The notes under the pieces are model-generated. The model did not search any database. It was given only the letters and a program-made list of their open reading frames with translations, and was not told where the DNA came from. Positions 1 to 9,953 of a DNA stretch of 64,000 nucleotides are shown in pieces. The position numbers and the translations under genes were made by a program. The DNA lies in the IMG/VR virus record IMGVR_UViG_3300025543_000013, positions 12,475 through 76,474 of that record; one strand, given 5' to 3'. The DNA comes from a virus. Positions within the stretch are counted from its first letter, which is position 1. Every line of letters begins with the position of its first letter.

Positions 1-2
1 CA

Positions 3-998
3 GACGGATTCAATGACCACGCAACACGATACAATACTAATGTTTCTAAATCAATAGAAATCGTAGATACTTATGGTGGTGTTCCGGTTTGTTTATTATT
101 CGGAAGTCCCGTAAGTAAATCAGACGGAACGGTTGTTAATGTTGAAGATTTAAATATCGGTGACGAAATTCTTACGGTAAAATTACCAAATGCAACAGAT
201 GAAGATGAAGGAACAGATTGGAAAAACGATATCTTTAATCGAACCGGTAGTTTCACTCAACACTCTGCAAGTGTTATGAGAGTTTTGTATGAATTTTCAC
301 AACACTATTATGATATCAATAGTGGTTCAGAATATATTACGGGTGAACATCATATGTTGTATAGACAAGCAGGTTCAGAAAATTGGACTTGGAAAACCGC
401 ACCTAATTTTTCAGTCGGTGATTATCTAATGGATAAAAACGGAAACGAAGTTGCTATTAGTTCACTTGTTATAAACCAAGATTCAGACGGATACGAAGTT
501 GTTCAATTAGATGTAGAACCAGATGATTATTATGTTGGTTCAACTTTTGTAGTTCACAACAAAGGAAGTAATTCAGAACCAAGTTATCCAACAACTCAAT
601 GGTCAAACGCATCAGGAGATTTTAGTTTATCAATTCCAGACGGGTCTACTTCTATTGTTGATAATGTAATTTCTTTATTAAAATCAATTCAATTATCTAA
701 TGGAAGTGGAACAACATCATTTAGTTGTCAACAACCTTCCAATGGAAATGTTGAATTAAAAATAGCAGTATCCACAACTGGTGACCCAGGAACAAGTGGA
801 ACAGCAAACGGAGGAACAGGATTTGGTAACACTCAATCAAGTGTTGCAAATGCATCAACATATTATATGAGATTTAAACTTGTGGAAACAAAAGCAGCTG
901 CTGGTAACTTATCTGCAGAAGCAAGAACAATCACCATTACAAATAATGGAGTAAGTAACACAGATATTGATATTACTTGTAGTTTAACGAATATATAA
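3..998 (+). CDS. 5'-truncated virion/fibre-like protein with an internal Hint (intein-like) domain at 90-560
   Basis: The frame is open from position 3, upstream of the ORF-track start at 276. Hint block A CLLFGSPVSKSDGTVVNVEDLNIGDEI (Cys at 90), block B ITGEHHM, terminal VVHN (555-560), then a Ser/Gly/Thr-rich beta domain. Confidence 0.8.
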   Translation, partial: DGFNDHATRYNTNVSKSIEIVDTYGGVPVCLLFGSPVSKSDGTVVNVEDLNIGDEILTVKLPNATDEDEGTDWKNDIFNRTGSFTQHSASVMRVLYEFSQHYYDINSGSEYITGEHHMLYRQAGSENWTWKTAPNFSVGDYLMDKNGNEVAISSLVINQDSDGYEVVQLDVEPDDYYVGSTFVVHNKGSNSEPSYPTTQWSNASGDFSLSIPDGSTSIVDNVISLLKSIQLSNGSGTTSFSCQQPSNGNVELKIAVSTTGDPGTSGTANGGTGFGNTQSSVANASTYYMRFKLVETKAAAGNLSAEARTITITNNGVSNTDIDITCSLTNI

Positions 999-1001
999 CA
1001 C

Positions 1002-1009
1002 TATTTATA
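1002..1009 (+). promoter_or_regulatory. Putative phage late promoter motif TATTTATA
   Basis: One of 15 intergenic TA(T/C)TTAT(A/T) copies, all upstream of + strand genes. Confidence 0.55.
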
Positions 1010-1018
1010 TAAAAGGTT

Positions 1019-1768
1019 ATGAAAAAAACAATACTCAATCACGAATATATAGAACAAGAAATCACTACAAATCAAGGAAAAGATTTTCGTTATCGTTGGT
1101 CTCACGGAGCAACCAACAAACATATGGGTGACGGAATGATACTTTATTCTTTGATGTATTTTTTTAAACCAAAAATATCAGTTTGTTTAGGTAGTGGTAA
1201 TGGTTTTATTCCAAGAATAATGTCAAAAGTCAATGACGACTTAGAATACGAAGGATTTCATAAATCAGGAGAAAGACCAGAAACTTATTTAGTGGATGCG
1301 TTTAACGGAATAGCAGGAATTCCAGATTGGGATACCAATAGCTTTTTTCCAAATAATTTTCGTGTTAATGTTTTGAAAACCACAACAGAAAAAGCATACT
1401 ATGAATACTTTATCAAACGAGATATAAAAATAGATATGTTGTGGATAGACGCTGACCACACTTACGAAGGTATAAAAAAAGATTTTGATTTGTATTCACA
1501 GATTATGAGTGATAATGGAATTATAATGATTCACGATACAGATAAAAACTATGTAGATAATTTTATTGAAGTAGAAAATCACGAAGAATATGATTTATCA
1601 GGCCCAAATGAGTGGTTAAAGAAATTTTTAATCAGTCATCAACAAGACCAATACGAAGTATTGAATTTATTTAATTACGGAATAGAAAAAGACTTTCCAA
1701 GTTCAACCGGTGTAACGATATTGAGAAAAAAGAAAGTCGGAGAATTTTTTAAGGATAGGATAGTTTAG
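1019..1768 (+). CDS. Class I SAM-dependent methyltransferase (Methyltransf_24-like)
   Basis: LGSGNG SAM-binding loop, IDMLWIDADHTYEG and GIIMIHD motifs. Confidence 0.8.
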   Translation: MKKTILNHEYIEQEITTNQGKDFRYRWSHGATNKHMGDGMILYSLMYFFKPKISVCLGSGNGFIPRIMSKVNDDLEYEGFHKSGERPETYLVDAFNGIAGIPDWDTNSFFPNNFRVNVLKTTTEKAYYEYFIKRDIKIDMLWIDADHTYEGIKKDFDLYSQIMSDNGIIMIHDTDKNYVDNFIEVENHEEYDLSGPNEWLKKFLISHQQDQYEVLNLFNYGIEKDFPSSTGVTILRKKKVGEFFKDRIV

Positions 1769-2469
1769 TGAAACTAACAGGTTTTGGTTGTAGTTATATG
1801 TGGGGTTGGCCTGATGGTAATAATGAAAATTCATTGGGTTATCAAGTATCACAATTACTAAATATGGACTTTGTAAATTTAGCAAGACAAGGTTCTGGTA
1901 ATGATTTAATTTATCAAACACTATTAACAAATCATCAATCAGGTGTGATTAATCCAAAAGACAATTTTATATTAATAGGTTGGTCTGAGGGATTTAGAAG
2001 AAAAGTTTTTTACAAAGATAAAGTTTGGGAAATATTCAGACCACACACAACATTACAAAATCCAGACAAAGAATATTGGGATGCACATACAGAATACTTA
2101 TTTTCAGACTATTTTATGAATACCAATCAAATGTATTATGATTCATTAAAAAATATTATAGGTTCATATCATTTATTAGAAAACTATGGATATAAATATT
2201 TGATGTTTGATGCTATGACTATATTGAATGATGGACAAGGTAGTGATATAGATGACTACACTATAAATCCACATTGGATTCCACAAGAATTTATTGATAT
2301 AAAAAAATCTATAAAAAATTATTTTACTGATATTCAATATAATCATTTTTTAATAAAATTAAAAGATGAAGGTGAAGTTTGGCCGTATTACTCAAAAACT
2401 GATTTTCACCCAAATGAATATGGAGCAAAAGAATATGCAAAGCTATTATATGAAGAAATTAATAAATAA
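1768..2469 (+). CDS. SGNH/GDSL-like hydrolase or acyltransferase
   Basis: N-terminal GCS block I, NLARQGSGN block II, C-terminal DFHPNEYG. GTG start. Confidence 0.65.
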   Translation: MKLTGFGCSYMWGWPDGNNENSLGYQVSQLLNMDFVNLARQGSGNDLIYQTLLTNHQSGVINPKDNFILIGWSEGFRRKVFYKDKVWEIFRPHTTLQNPDKEYWDAHTEYLFSDYFMNTNQMYYDSLKNIIGSYHLLENYGYKYLMFDAMTILNDGQGSDIDDYTINPHWIPQEFIDIKKSIKNYFTDIQYNHFLIKLKDEGEVWPYYSKTDFHPNEYGAKEYAKLLYEEINK

Positions 2470-3493
2470 CAGATTTTGTAGACAACCTTGGTCATTTGTA
2501 GAGGTTCATCAAAACGGAGATATATGGAATTGTTGTCCAAGTTGGATTACAAAACCAATGGGTAATATATTGGAACAATCTTGGGAAGAAGTTTGGAACG
2601 GAAATATTGCACAAGAATATAGACAATCTATGATTGATTCTACTTTTAAAAATTGTATTGAAACAAATTGTCCACACTTACTAAGTAAAACTTTAACTAA
2701 AGAATCACCCGTATTTGAAAAGGACGACTTAAATTTACTATGGAAAAAACTAAAAGTCAAGGATAATTCTGGCCCATTAGTAGTAAATTTTTGTTATGAT
2801 TCAAGTTGTAACTTATCGTGTCCAAGTTGTAGAACAGAATTACAAATGTGTTCCCCTAAGTCTGATGAATATAAAAATATAGAAAAAATACACGATATAG
2901 TTATTAATGAAATTATTAAGGACGCTTATAGATTATATATTACCGGAACAGGTGACCCATTTGCAAGTCCATTTTTTAGAAACTTTTTACAAACTTTTGA
3001 CAAATCAAAATATAAAAATATCGGCATGATACATTTACACACTAATGCTAATCTTTGGACAGAACCAATGTGGAAATCAATGAGTAATGTTCACGAGTTA
3101 GTAAAATCAGTTGAGATATCTATTGATGCTGGAACAAAGGAAACTTATGAAAAAGTAAGAAGAAACGGAGATTGGAATATATTGATGAAAAATTTAGATT
3201 ACATCAATACAATTAAAACATTAGAAAATGTAAAATTAAGTTTTGTCATACAAGATGACAATTATAAAGAAATGGAATTATTTGAAAATCTAAAACATAA
3301 ACTAAATAACATTCCAAGAGTTAGAACTCATTATTATAAATTATTAGATTGGGGTTCTATGAAAAACTATGAAGAAAAAGCAGTGTGGAAATCAACACAT
3401 AAAAACTTTACAGAATTTAAATCTATATGGAAAGATTTTGAAAAAACAATCAATCCAGAAAATACAACACACAACTTATTAGGAGTATTATGA
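2450..3493 (+). CDS. Radical SAM protein with N-terminal SPASM/twitch-like domain
   Basis: CNLSCPSC, TGTGDPF, SIDAG, N-terminal C-x-x-PW...NCC. Start moved to ATG 2450 (MKKLINNRFC). Confidence 0.85.
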   Translation: MKKLINNRFCRQPWSFVEVHQNGDIWNCCPSWITKPMGNILEQSWEEVWNGNIAQEYRQSMIDSTFKNCIETNCPHLLSKTLTKESPVFEKDDLNLLWKKLKVKDNSGPLVVNFCYDSSCNLSCPSCRTELQMCSPKSDEYKNIEKIHDIVINEIIKDAYRLYITGTGDPFASPFFRNFLQTFDKSKYKNIGMIHLHTNANLWTEPMWKSMSNVHELVKSVEISIDAGTKETYEKVRRNGDWNILMKNLDYINTIKTLENVKLSFVIQDDNYKEMELFENLKHKLNNIPRVRTHYYKLLDWGSMKNYEEKAVWKSTHKNFTEFKSIWKDFEKTINPENTTHNLLGVL

Positions 3494-4329
3494 ACTTAGT
3501 TACAGTTTGTGGACACAACACAACAATGTTATATCATATGTTAAATCATTATCATTTACATATGGACGAGATATTTGTAGTGTTGTATGCACATCACAAG
3601 AAAGACCCAGTTATCGAAGAAGCACAATTTATTTTGGAAAAATTTAACTTAAAACCACACAAAATAGTTATTGAAGAAGCATTCAATTGGAATCGTGTTA
3701 CTGACCATTACAACGAAACCAAATTACTAAAACCAGATGATTGGTGGATAGTCGCAGATGACGACGAATTACAATTATATTCTAAACCAACTTGGGAAAT
3801 TATTGAGGAGTGTGAAGAATTTGGATATGAATTCGTTACAGGTGGTTTCGTGGATAGAATAGGAGACAACGGAGATTTTCCTAAAATCACTATGGAATCA
3901 GATGTATGGAAAGAAATGCCACAAGCAGGATTTTTCAGATATCCTATGAGTTATGCTTGTCCAAACAAAGTAACTCTAATGAAAGGTAAAGTTAAAGTTT
4001 GTTCAGGACAACATTATGTTTTGTTTGAAGATGGAAATTCTTCTTGGGGTTCAGAACACCCTAAACGATATCCAATAGAAAAAAACTTTACACAAGTTCA
4101 TCATTTTAAATGGGATTATTCAGTATTGGAACGATTGAAACAAGTTAGTACTTCCACTGCAGTAGAAGCATTTGCACAAGAATACAAATTGATGTTGGAC
4201 GAAATAGAAAAAAGTGATTTTAAAATAGATTTAACCAAACCAGAATTTATGTTCCAAAGATTAGACATTCCTAATTATCACAAATTAGAAAATTGGGAAG
4301 AATTAAGAAAAAAAATCGTAACGATTTAG
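3490..4329 (+). CDS. GT-A fold glycosyltransferase (GT2-like)
   Basis: WWIVADDDE (DxD), GGFVDR and VHHFKW motifs. SD AGGAG. Confidence 0.7.
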   Translation: MNLVTVCGHNTTMLYHMLNHYHLHMDEIFVVLYAHHKKDPVIEEAQFILEKFNLKPHKIVIEEAFNWNRVTDHYNETKLLKPDDWWIVADDDELQLYSKPTWEIIEECEEFGYEFVTGGFVDRIGDNGDFPKITMESDVWKEMPQAGFFRYPMSYACPNKVTLMKGKVKVCSGQHYVLFEDGNSSWGSEHPKRYPIEKNFTQVHHFKWDYSVLERLKQVSTSTAVEAFAQEYKLMLDEIEKSDFKIDLTKPEFMFQRLDIPNYHKLENWEELRKKIVTI

Positions 4330-4341
4330 TAATTAATTTGA

Positions 4342-4349
4342 TATTTATT
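4342..4349 (+). promoter_or_regulatory. Putative late promoter motif TATTTATT
   Basis: Recurrent intergenic motif. Confidence 0.55.
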
Positions 4350-4380
4350 AATACAGTTATAAACAAAACGAGGTTATAAT

Positions 4381-4572
4381 ATGCCACAAGATAATAAACA
4401 CCAGTTAATGTTAGAAGAAAGAAAAGTAAAAGCACTTGAGAAAATTGCTAATGTTTTAGATGCTTTAACACTTTGGTTTGAAGACATTGACAAAGAAGAA
4501 TGGTCAAATAGAACACAATACTATTTGGCTGAATTCCACAAATCATTAGACATCAAAGAAGATAAGAAGTAA
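4381..4572 (+). CDS. Small hypothetical protein
   Basis: 63 aa, GAGG SD, fills the gap after a promoter motif. Confidence 0.7.
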   Translation: MPQDNKHQLMLEERKVKALEKIANVLDALTLWFEDIDKEEWSNRTQYYLAEFHKSLDIKEDKK

Positions 4573-4574
4573 AA

Positions 4575-5993
4575 ATGAAACTTGGAATAATTGTTCCTTA
4601 TCGTAAACGACCAGGACATCTTCGAAAGTTTCGTGAATCTATTGAATCTTATTTGAAAGACCAAGATTATGAATTAATCGTGGTTGAACAAGCAGATGAT
4701 TTACCTTTTAATCGTGGTAAGTTATTAAATATAGGATTTCAACAGGCAATTAGAAAACAATGTGATTATGTTGTGTTTCACGACGTTGATATGTTACCAA
4801 TCAATGTAGATTATTCTTATTCAGATGTTCCAATTCACCTTGCCAATGGATTTACCAATTCCGATAGAGAAATATTCGACACATACTTCGGTGGTGTAAC
4901 TATGTTCCCTATTGATTTATTCAAAAAGGTAAATGGTTATTCCAACGAATATTGGGGTTGGGGATTTGAAGATGATGATTTGTTAATGCGATTAACAGAA
5001 CAAAACATTCTAACCGACACAAAAACTTACGAAGTTCCAAAACTTAATACATCAGGAATTTATCTACACGGAGATGAAAGTTATATCGAGTGTCCAAACA
5101 CCATAGATTTAAATAAAGATTTTACCATACACATTTCGTTCAAACCAGATGAAATTATTCCCGAATACAACAAAGACTTTGATGAATATTGTGTATTTAG
5201 TATTCCAGGTTGGGACACAACCATAGCATACAATTCTTTCAACAGATATAAATTTGAATATTGGGACACACAAAAAAATTGTCAATCAATAAATTCTAAA
5301 TATGCATATCCACAATACACCAATATTACGATTACTCACGACAGGTCAAACAGACATTTAGCAATGTATCAAGACGGACAATTAGTTGGAGAACAAATTC
5401 TTAGAAGAAGTTTTTTAGACACAAAAAGGGCTTGGTTCTACATTGGGATTGGAGACAAAAGAGAACACGATAGAAAAAGTTTTCGTGGATTTGTCAATGA
5501 ATTTGGTTATTGGGACAAACCATTACAAAAAAATGAAATACAAGAATTACATCAATCACAAGGATTTAGTTTACTAAATAATTACGAACAATACAATAGT
5601 TCAGATAATTTAAAAATTTACTATGATTTCAAACATATCAAATTAGATGAAAATTACAAGTATGATTCCGGTCAAGTATTGAATTTAAAAACAAACGAAT
5701 ATGACGCAACATCATATCATTCAATACCTAAAACCATACAAGACATTGAATCAAAAACCATAGCTATTCCCGCCAGAAGAAATAGTTTGTTTGAAATGAT
5801 AGAACACGAATCTGAAGGATACTTTGAGGGTGGTTGGAAATCCAAATCCACAAGATTAAATCAGTTGAGGTTTTATAATGAAATCTTAAACAATGAAACT
5901 AATTTAGATTCAGATGGACTTTCCACACTTAAATATACGAAAGTTTCCGATACAAGTCAAGAAAAATATTCATTTATTTCGGTGGAGTTGTAA
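4575..5993 (+). CDS. GT7 (beta-1,4-galactosyltransferase-like) glycosyltransferase with inserted LamG/ConA-like domain
   Basis: IIVPYR, FNRGKLLNIG, FHDVD, NGYSNEYWGWGFEDDD, then a LamG-like insert, then the GT7 tail (HE...N..RF...DGLSTLKY). Confidence 0.85.
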   Translation: MKLGIIVPYRKRPGHLRKFRESIESYLKDQDYELIVVEQADDLPFNRGKLLNIGFQQAIRKQCDYVVFHDVDMLPINVDYSYSDVPIHLANGFTNSDREIFDTYFGGVTMFPIDLFKKVNGYSNEYWGWGFEDDDLLMRLTEQNILTDTKTYEVPKLNTSGIYLHGDESYIECPNTIDLNKDFTIHISFKPDEIIPEYNKDFDEYCVFSIPGWDTTIAYNSFNRYKFEYWDTQKNCQSINSKYAYPQYTNITITHDRSNRHLAMYQDGQLVGEQILRRSFLDTKRAWFYIGIGDKREHDRKSFRGFVNEFGYWDKPLQKNEIQELHQSQGFSLLNNYEQYNSSDNLKIYYDFKHIKLDENYKYDSGQVLNLKTNEYDATSYHSIPKTIQDIESKTIAIPARRNSLFEMIEHESEGYFEGGWKSKSTRLNQLRFYNEILNNETNLDSDGLSTLKYTKVSDTSQEKYSFISVEL

Positions 5994-6394
5994 TGTATAA
6001 AATAGGAGTAATGGCAGGAAATTATGATATAATTCATCCAGGTTATATCTATGCTTTCAAAGAAGCAAAATCTTTGTGTGAGAAATTTATCATATTGTTA
6101 CATACAGACCCAAGTATAGAAAGACCAGAAAAATTAAAACCCGTATTATCTATTAAAGAACGACTTGATATTTTACACTCTATTCGTTATATTGATTTTG
6201 TCGTTCAATACGATACTGAAAAAGATTTACTCGGATTAATTAAATGGTTAAATCCAGATGTAAGATTTATCGGAGATGATTATCGTGATAAACGATTTAC
6301 CGGTGATGACTTAGGTATCACAACACATTATATTAATCGTGACCACGGCTGGTCAACTACTAAATTTAAAACCTTAATATCTAAAACACTATGA
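5993..6394 (+). CDS. Cytidylyltransferase (TagD/RfaE-II-like, HIGH family)
   Basis: AGNYDIIHPGY, KPVLSIKER, IGDDY and WSTT motifs. Confidence 0.85.
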   Translation: MYKIGVMAGNYDIIHPGYIYAFKEAKSLCEKFIILLHTDPSIERPEKLKPVLSIKERLDILHSIRYIDFVVQYDTEKDLLGLIKWLNPDVRFIGDDYRDKRFTGDDLGITTHYINRDHGWSTTKFKTLISKTL

Positions 6395-7830
6395 AGTTAG
6401 GAATTTGCATACCATACCGAGATAACGGAGACGGAGTTCGTTTTGGACACTTGGATAGATTAATTCCACACTTGGAAGAATTCTTAGGAAAACAAGGTAT
6501 TGACTTTACTTGTTATGTTGGACATCAAATAGACAACGGAAAATTTCACAGAAGTGGAACAAAAAATGTTGCCTATCTACAAGCCAAAAAAGACGGGTGT
6601 GATTACTTTGCATTCCAAGATGTCGATATGTTACCACACGACGATTGTTATTATGGTCATCCCGGCGATACACCAAAACATATCGCAACTTATCTTTCAC
6701 AATGGGGGTATACTTTACGAGATAACGAATACTTTGGTGGAGTAGTGATATTCACAGGTGAACAATTTGAAAATGTCAACGGATACAACACCGAATATGT
6801 TGGTTGGGGTATGGAAGACGACGATTTATATTGGAGATGTGTAAAAAAAGGTTACTTTACACAACCGACTTTTGATACCATTAAACAAAAAATGGTTTTA
6901 TCTTTGGACGGAAAATCTACTCATATCAAAATACCACCAACACCACAACTTCGCAGATTACTAATGGATAGTTTCAATATACAGATTATATGTAAACCGG
7001 AAATACCAGAACACGAACCAGAACACCTAATCGGTAAAGGTAATAACAGATATCTAAAGTATCCAATATTATCAAAAGTAGGATATGACTTTGGTATTGA
7101 TTATAATAATTCAAATGCTTTCGCAGCTTCAATGTGGGATTGGAAAAACCAACACATATATCGTTGGAGAAAAAGGTATCAGGATAATTGGACAAAAGTT
7201 AATTTAATTCACGACAAAGAAAAACAAACCATTAGTTTTCAATTAAACGACCAAGACTTAGGAAAAAAATTCGGTATTCAACAATCAACAATTCATTATA
7301 AAGAAAGATTAAAACGATATGGAAATAATCCATTTTGGTTAGGGTGTAATGACCCACATGCTTGGGAAGGACAACGATTTTTCAAAGGTGAAATAGCAGA
7401 AGTAAAAATATGGGATAATTATAATGATTTAATCTTACATTACGATATGACTAAATCAATATGTTGTGACCAAGGTTGTCGTAGATGTAAAGGAGATGAA
7501 GTAAAAGATTTAAGTGGAAATGAAAATCACGGAGAAATTTATAATCGTGGTATTAGATTTTTGTATGACAAAGAAGTAATCAAATACAATCCAGAACCAC
7601 ATAGAAGATATGGAACTATGGAGTGTATGTATCACGACGACGAAGGAATAGTAAACAATCAATTTCAAGGAGATGTAGAACAAACCAGTAAAAACGAAAT
7701 CCTTTACAGAAAGAAAATGCAAAAGGGTGAAGTAGATATTGATAATTCAGGACTAAGACAAATGAAATATGATATTCATAGTATTGATACTATTTATAAT
7801 AGACACAAGTTAATTAATGTAAGGTTTTAG
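6391..7830 (+). CDS. Second GT7 glycosyltransferase with inserted LamG-like domain
   Basis: CIPYRD, FQDVD, NGYNTEYVGWGMEDDD. Paralogous to 4575-5993. Confidence 0.85.
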   Translation: MKLGICIPYRDNGDGVRFGHLDRLIPHLEEFLGKQGIDFTCYVGHQIDNGKFHRSGTKNVAYLQAKKDGCDYFAFQDVDMLPHDDCYYGHPGDTPKHIATYLSQWGYTLRDNEYFGGVVIFTGEQFENVNGYNTEYVGWGMEDDDLYWRCVKKGYFTQPTFDTIKQKMVLSLDGKSTHIKIPPTPQLRRLLMDSFNIQIICKPEIPEHEPEHLIGKGNNRYLKYPILSKVGYDFGIDYNNSNAFAASMWDWKNQHIYRWRKRYQDNWTKVNLIHDKEKQTISFQLNDQDLGKKFGIQQSTIHYKERLKRYGNNPFWLGCNDPHAWEGQRFFKGEIAEVKIWDNYNDLILHYDMTKSICCDQGCRRCKGDEVKDLSGNENHGEIYNRGIRFLYDKEVIKYNPEPHRRYGTMECMYHDDEGIVNNQFQGDVEQTSKNEILYRKKMQKGEVDIDNSGLRQMKYDIHSIDTIYNRHKLINVRF

Positions 7831-9243
7831 ATGGCAGGATATTTAGACCAAGTAAAAGAAAATCCAATATTTAAAGAAACAAAAGAAAGTTTAGATACGG
7901 TTGGAAAAGGTATGTGTTTGGCAAAGTGGACACAAGTTACACTTCAATTACAAACAGGACACAATCATAGTTGTCACCACCCGAGAACACACAAAATTTC
8001 AGAAGCTGAAATCAAAAGAAATCCAAGTGCTCTACACAACACACAATATAAAAAACTTCGTAGACGAGAAATGTTAACTGATAAACGACCAGTCGAATGT
8101 GATTATTGTTGGAATGTAGAAGATAATTCAAATAGATTTTCAGATAGAATATTTAAGTCAGCAGAATCTTGGTCTAAACCACATTTTGATGAAATTGTAA
8201 ATCAAGATTGGAGAGAAGATTTTAATCCAAGATATGTAGAGGTGGCATTCTCAAATGCTTGTAATTTTAAATGTAGTTATTGTGGCCCACCTTATTCTTC
8301 TACTTGGATGCAAGAAATTAAACAACACGGAGCATATCCAACAACAGATAAGTTTAATGGTATGGAAGGTATGATTGCCGAAAATAAAGTTCCAATTCTA
8401 CACAAAGACCCAAATCCTTATGTTGATGCATTTTGGAAATGGTGGCCAGACTTATATCGTGATTTACATACTTTTAGAATTACCGGTGGAGAACCAATGT
8501 TGGCAAAAGATACTTGGAAAGTTTTGGATTATATTATTGACGAACCTAATCCGAATCGTAATTTAAATTTTGCTATCAATTCCAATCTCGGATTGGGTGA
8601 TGATATGATTGACAAGTTAATCGGTAAGATTAACAAAATAGAAGATGAACGACGAGTAAAAGAGTTTATTATATTTACATCAGTTGATACTTGGGGAGAA
8701 CAAGCAGAGTATATAAGAAATGGATTAGAGTTCAATCGTTTTTGGGATAATATGAATAAGATATTAGAAAAATGTCCACGAGTTAATCTGACCATTATGT
8801 CTACTTATAATGCACTATCAGTTCCAAATTATGATAAATTGATAACAGGTGTTTATGATTTAAAACAAAACTATGGGTCTGACGATAGATATTGGAACTC
8901 TGCAGTATTTTTAGATTCAAGTTATTTAAGATATCCAAGTCATCAAACTGTACAAATACTACCAGATTATATAAAACCATTGATTTATAAACAAACACAA
9001 TTAACCGAATATATGGCAACACCAAATTTTGAAACAAGATTAATCGGATATTCTGATATTGAAGTTCAAAAAATAAAAAGAATATATGATTGGTCTTTAT
9101 CGGTTAAAGAAGAAAATTTAGTAGAACAAAGACAAAACTTTTATAGAATGTTTTCAGAACACGATAAAAGACGAGGAACTAATTTTCGTAAAACATTTCC
9201 AGAATTAGAAAAGTTTTTTATGGAGTGTAAAGATTTATGTTAA
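7831..9243 (+). CDS. Radical SAM protein with N-terminal twitch-like domain
   Basis: CNFKCSYC, TGGEP, N-terminal CLAKW...SCHH...CDYCW. Confidence 0.85.
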   Translation: MAGYLDQVKENPIFKETKESLDTVGKGMCLAKWTQVTLQLQTGHNHSCHHPRTHKISEAEIKRNPSALHNTQYKKLRRREMLTDKRPVECDYCWNVEDNSNRFSDRIFKSAESWSKPHFDEIVNQDWREDFNPRYVEVAFSNACNFKCSYCGPPYSSTWMQEIKQHGAYPTTDKFNGMEGMIAENKVPILHKDPNPYVDAFWKWWPDLYRDLHTFRITGGEPMLAKDTWKVLDYIIDEPNPNRNLNFAINSNLGLGDDMIDKLIGKINKIEDERRVKEFIIFTSVDTWGEQAEYIRNGLEFNRFWDNMNKILEKCPRVNLTIMSTYNALSVPNYDKLITGVYDLKQNYGSDDRYWNSAVFLDSSYLRYPSHQTVQILPDYIKPLIYKQTQLTEYMATPNFETRLIGYSDIEVQKIKRIYDWSLSVKEENLVEQRQNFYRMFSEHDKRRGTNFRKTFPELEKFFMECKDLC

Positions 9244-9953
9244 GAATTAAAAAAGGTAGTCCTTACTATGTTTTACCAACTCAAAGATATGATTTAACAA
9301 CATTTCCACCAAGTCGTTCTATGCAACAAGACTTTACATTTTTTGTAAAGTTTAGTGTGGCTGATATTATAGAAAATCAAAAAACACCATCTTCTATTAT
9401 GATGAGGCCTGGAATGCATTATGGGTTAACATATAACCAAAATACAGGAAATATTTCTTGGGAATATTGGTATGAATTTGAAAACGAAAATAAGTTTGAA
9501 TTTTTAACATTAGAAACTAAACCATATGAGTTGACTGATGAGTGGATTGTAATTGTTCAACATAATTTTAACAAAAAACATTTTAAAATGTCTTTAATCA
9601 GTAAAGACTTTACATCAACAGAAATCGAAAAAACTTATTTAGGAAGACTTTGTGACTATACCGAAACACCATATAATTTTGGTTGTGGAAATTATTTTCA
9701 ACAAGTTGATGAATCACATTATTTTTGGGCAGATTATAATTTATACTACACAGGGTTGATAAAAAATTGTAAATTTAACGAAGATGATATTTTAAAGTTT
9801 GTTTCTGATAACACCAATTCTACATTTAAGCTAGATAAATATATTGATGATTTAGTTTTTTTCTTTAATTTTAAAGAACAAAATAAATATAAAGTTTGGG
9901 ATTTATCAGGACATTGTAATTTTCTTATGAAAAATATGGATGTTGGTAAATGA
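9237..9953 (+). CDS. LamG/ConA-like domain protein
   Basis: DFTF.V.F, F.F.F and VWDLSGHCN ends resemble the LamG inserts of the neighbouring GT7s. Confidence 0.5.
   Translation: MLRIKKGSPYYVLPTQRYDLTTFPPSRSMQQDFTFFVKFSVADIIENQKTPSSIMMRPGMHYGLTYNQNTGNISWEYWYEFENENKFEFLTLETKPYELTDEWIVIVQHNFNKKHFKMSLISKDFTSTEIEKTYLGRLCDYTETPYNFGCGNYFQQVDESHYFWADYNLYYTGLIKNCKFNEDDILKFVSDNTNSTFKLDKYIDDLVFFFNFKEQNKYKVWDLSGHCNFLMKNMDVGK

Noticed and set aside
90-560. Mobile homing intein
   Set aside because: There is no endonuclease domain and the +1 residue is Lys, so canonical splicing is unlikely.
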